This document shows positions 61,506-64,000 of a stretch of 64,000 nt of DNA, one piece after another; within the stretch, counting starts at the first letter, position 1; each line of letters starts with the position of its first letter. The notes below the pieces were generated by a model. That model did not search any database and was not told the origin of the DNA. It worked only from the letters and a program-made list of their open reading frames with translations. Source of the DNA: an uncultured Chloroflexia bacterium (lineage in GTDB: Bacteria; Chloroflexota; Limnocylindria; Limnocylindrales; CSP1-4); contig CAVPPB010000004.1 in the NCBI GenBank assembly GCA_963707215.1, positions 32,001 to 96,000 on the forward strand. Reading direction: 5' to 3'. A program made the position numbers and the translations under genes.

Positions 61506-61831
61506 GGCCCGACGACCGGGTCCGGACCCGGCCCGAGGGGGTCGTTGAGGACGACCAGGCGGGAGCCCTCGTCGAGCAGGACCTCGAGCCGGATCTCGTC
61601 GAGGATGCCGCGGACCCCCTCGATGACGTCGTCCTCGCCGAGCGCGGAGCGGCCGGCCGCCACGACCGCCTCGTACGTGGCACCTGCCCGCGCGGCTTCG
61701 AGCATCTCGTCGCAGATGATGGCGACTGCCTCGGGGTGGTTCAGGCGCAGGCCGGACCCCAGGTGACGGCGAGCCAGCTCGGCGGCCGAGTAGATGAGCA
61801 GGCGCTCCTGCTCCCACGGGGTCAGCTGCAT
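61502..61831 (-). CDS. ureA: Urease gamma subunit-like protein
   Basis: MQLTPWEQERLLI..AAELARR....GLRLNHPEAVAII...EAAR.G. Confidence 0.9.
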   Translation of the reverse strand: MQLTPWEQERLLIYSAAELARRHLGSGLRLNHPEAVAIICDEMLEAARAGATYEAVVAAGRSALGEDDVIEGVRGILDEIRLEVLLDEGSRLVVLNDPLGPGPDPVVGP

Positions 61832-61951
61832 GACCGGATGGTAGTCGGGTCCGCGGGGCGGGGCAGGTCACGACGGTGGTGGCGTCGCGACGGCGCGGAC
61901 GGAGGGGCGGCCCCGATCATCGGCCGGTCGATCCGGCGGGCGAGCGGGCTC

Positions 61952-61980
61952 TTGGCGGGAGCCGCCGCGTGGACTAGAAT
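61952..61980 (+). promoter_or_regulatory. ssrA promoter TTGGCG-N17-TAGAAT
   Basis: -10 box ends 34 nt upstream of the mature tmRNA 5' end. Confidence 0.7.
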
Positions 61981-62014
61981 CACCCTTGGCGCCCGAACGG
62001 GTGTTCGGTCTCGT

Positions 62015-62389
62015 GGGGATGCGTGGTCTCGACGGGGTCTGGCTGACAGGGAACGCGAGCCGAGGTGCCGTCAGGCCTCGTTAAACAGGCGGCAAAACGA
62101 AGTAACTGGCAACCGCCAGCCTGCTCTCGCCCTCGCCGCTTAGGCGGTAAGGTGAGCGTGGAAGCCACCTCCTCCCCGCGGGTGGTGGAAGCGTCATGCA
62201 GCGGGGATGCGCTCCGACCAAGTGTCGCGTAGGCCGGAGCCAAGCCCGATCTAGGGACACGCGACTGGACCGTCCGGCAGGCTGCCGATGGCCGTCCGGC
62301 CGGTCGACGACAAATCATCGGACACGCTCGTAGTTGGTCCCTGGCGAAGGGTCTCGGACGGGGAGTTCGACTCTCCCCCATCTCCACCA
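62015..62389 (+). ncRNA. ssrA: tmRNA, tag (A)GNRQPALALAA
   Basis: 5' GGGGATG pairs with 3' CATCTCC-A-CCA (G3-U pair) and there is a T-loop GTTCGACTC. The tag ORF at 62108-62143 follows TAACT and ends in ALAA*. smpB is nearby. Confidence 0.95.
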
Positions 62390-62451
62390 ACACAACTGGT
62401 GCGGATCGCCCACGGCGACCGCGCTGCCCCCGACGCCGCGCCCGGTGCGGA

Positions 62452-64000
62452 CTATCCGTTCGGCGTAGGCGTAGGAGTCGGCGCAGCTGACGGAGCCGGC
62501 GTCGGCGCGGGAGTCGGCGAAGGGGCGGGCTTCGGGGTCGGGCTCGGCGACGAGCCACCGCTCGACCCACCCGACGAACTGGCGCCTACGAGGATGACCC
62601 CGTCGACCGGCTTGTAGTGCGAGTACCACGTCTCCTTGTGGATGACGTTCCCGTTGGCATCGCGAACGGTCCGGGTCACCCAGACCTTCTTGCCGTCGTG
62701 GGCGAACTCCTCCTGCTTTCGCTGCCCGGGCTTCAGGGCGGTCGTGGTGACCGTCCTGGTCGTGGCCTTGACGACGTCCCTGACGACCGGCTGGCTGAAG
62801 GTGACCTTGCGGCCGGTCGACACGCTGTAGAGGTCGAAGCGGACGTAGCCGGCATTCCCGTCTCGGGTGTTGATCCCGCGGATCAGGACCGGATACGGCG
62901 TGTCGTTGGTGAACGACATCGATTGCTGCGAGCCACCGCTCTTCCAGACCGTGGCGTCGAGACCGAGCGGGTAGCGCTCGATGTAGTAGTAGTGCGGGCC
63001 GCGATCGCCCATCTTCAGGCCCGCCCGGAGAGCGGCGTTGAACAGCGTCGTCGAGCAGGAGCAGATCCCGCCAGCGAGGGCACCCGTCACCTCGGTCTTA
63101 CCGTTGATGATCGCGCCTCCCGAGCCATAGCCACGCTCGCGGCTGACCTCGCCGACCGTCCGCCAGAAGTCGAACGTCTCGCCCGGGGCAAGGACGGTGC
63201 CGTTGATGATCGACGTGGGGATCCAGATGTTCGCGCCGTAGAAGTTCGCCTCGCTGATCGGGAAGTAGGTCCTCCAGGTCGAGATCCGGGTCATCCGAGG
63301 GGCGACCTTCTCGGCCTCCTCGGTCGTCAGCGCGGGCTGGGTGGTCGTGACGGCCGGGGCGAGGGCCGGTTCGGGCAACCCGTCGGCGCGTGCCGCAAGG
63401 GCGGCGAGGATGGCCGTGGTCGTGGCCGTCGTGTCCAGGGATCGGCCGGTGCGGGAGGGGGTGGTACCGACGATCGCCCCGCTCTTGCCGACCAGGTAGC
63501 TGGCATTGCGGGGAGCGCGCTCGACGTCGGAGGCGATCGGGGCGAGGTCGGCCTCGACCTTCGCCGGGTCAACGACCGGTTCGATCCCGCCATCCTCCGT
63601 CGCTGTGAACGCGAGCCACATCTGGACCTTGGCCGGGTCGATGCTCCAGGTCTCCTCGCCCTGGGTCAGGGTGACCTCGGCGATCATCCGCTCGGCCGTG
63701 GTCCGGGCGACGGCCGTGTCGACATCGTCGACCGCGGGCGGCGTGGTGGTCGGCAACGCCGACACACGGACCTCCGCGGGGGCGTCCGGCGAGGCGAGCA
63801 ATTCGAGGATGTCGGCGGTGATGGCTTCGTGATCGAAGGTGCGGCCCCACCGTGCCGGCGTGGTCTCGATGCCGGACTCGCCGATCGTGATGGTCCCGTC
63901 CACGGGCTGCAGCTCAAGGCGCTCGAGGGCCCGCCGGACGTCCGCAGCGAGAGTGGCCTCGTCGGTGACGACGATCGGCTCGAGGCCGGTCCCGTTCAGG
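62452..64000 (-). CDS. VanW-family protein with PG-binding/G5-like regions (5' end beyond the window)
   Basis: INGTVLAPGETFDF, GGICSCSTTLFNAAL and YPLGLDATV motifs. The frame is open to the window end. Confidence 0.85.
   Translation of the reverse strand, partial: LNGTGLEPIVVTDEATLAADVRRALERLELQPVDGTITIGESGIETTPARWGRTFDHEAITADILELLASPDAPAEVRVSALPTTTPPAVDDVDTAVARTTAERMIAEVTLTQGEETWSIDPAKVQMWLAFTATEDGGIEPVVDPAKVEADLAPIASDVERAPRNASYLVGKSGAIVGTTPSRTGRSLDTTATTTAILAALAARADGLPEPALAPAVTTTQPALTTEEAEKVAPRMTRISTWRTYFPISEANFYGANIWIPTSIINGTVLAPGETFDFWRTVGEVSRERGYGSGGAIINGKTEVTGALAGGICSCSTTLFNAALRAGLKMGDRGPHYYYIERYPLGLDATVWKSGGSQQSMSFTNDTPYPVLIRGINTRDGNAGYVRFDLYSVSTGRKVTFSQPVVRDVVKATTRTVTTTALKPGQRKQEEFAHDGKKVWVTRTVRDANGNVIHKETWYSHYKPVDGVILVGASSSGGSSGGSSPSPTPKPAPSPTPAPTPAPSAAPTPTPTPNG

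Noticed and set aside
62390-62451. Prophage or island integrated at the ssrA 3' end
   Set aside because: No integrase or duplicated tmRNA 3' end was seen, and a VanW-family gene converges immediately.

Overview
A very GC-rich bacterial chromosomal segment made almost entirely of core genes. Gene content and protein style suggest a Chloroflexota (Limnocylindria-like) genome, which is an inference only. From about 4.2 to 35.3 kb most genes are on the minus strand: mreD-mrdA-rodA, a CBS/ion-transporter trio, rplU-rpmA-rpmE, prfA-prmC-glyA, a WecA/MraY-family gene, the full F1Fo atp operon, murA and mreB. At an intergenic region carrying a parS-like site and a perfect 28-bp palindrome the orientation flips to the plus strand: parA-parB-gyrB-gyrA-prs, a PQQ-type dehydrogenase with three near-identical 300-bp cell-wall-binding repeats, secA, prfB with its programmed +1 frameshift, ftsEX, an S41 protease, smpB and tmRNA. 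No mobile element, prophage or CRISPR array was seen. About ten single-base indels break otherwise intact genes and look like long-read errors. The most unusual features are: (1) a urease-like gamma plus fused beta-alpha pair that keeps the metal ligands but has a remodelled substrate pocket and no accessory genes, next to a Ser/Cys proline-racemase-family gene between smpB and ssrA; (2) an unannotated mini transcription unit upstream of smpB with a 13-nt perfect complement of the 16S 3' end and a 16-codon ORF; (3) a 74-aa double-CxxxCxxC protein heading the prfB operon.
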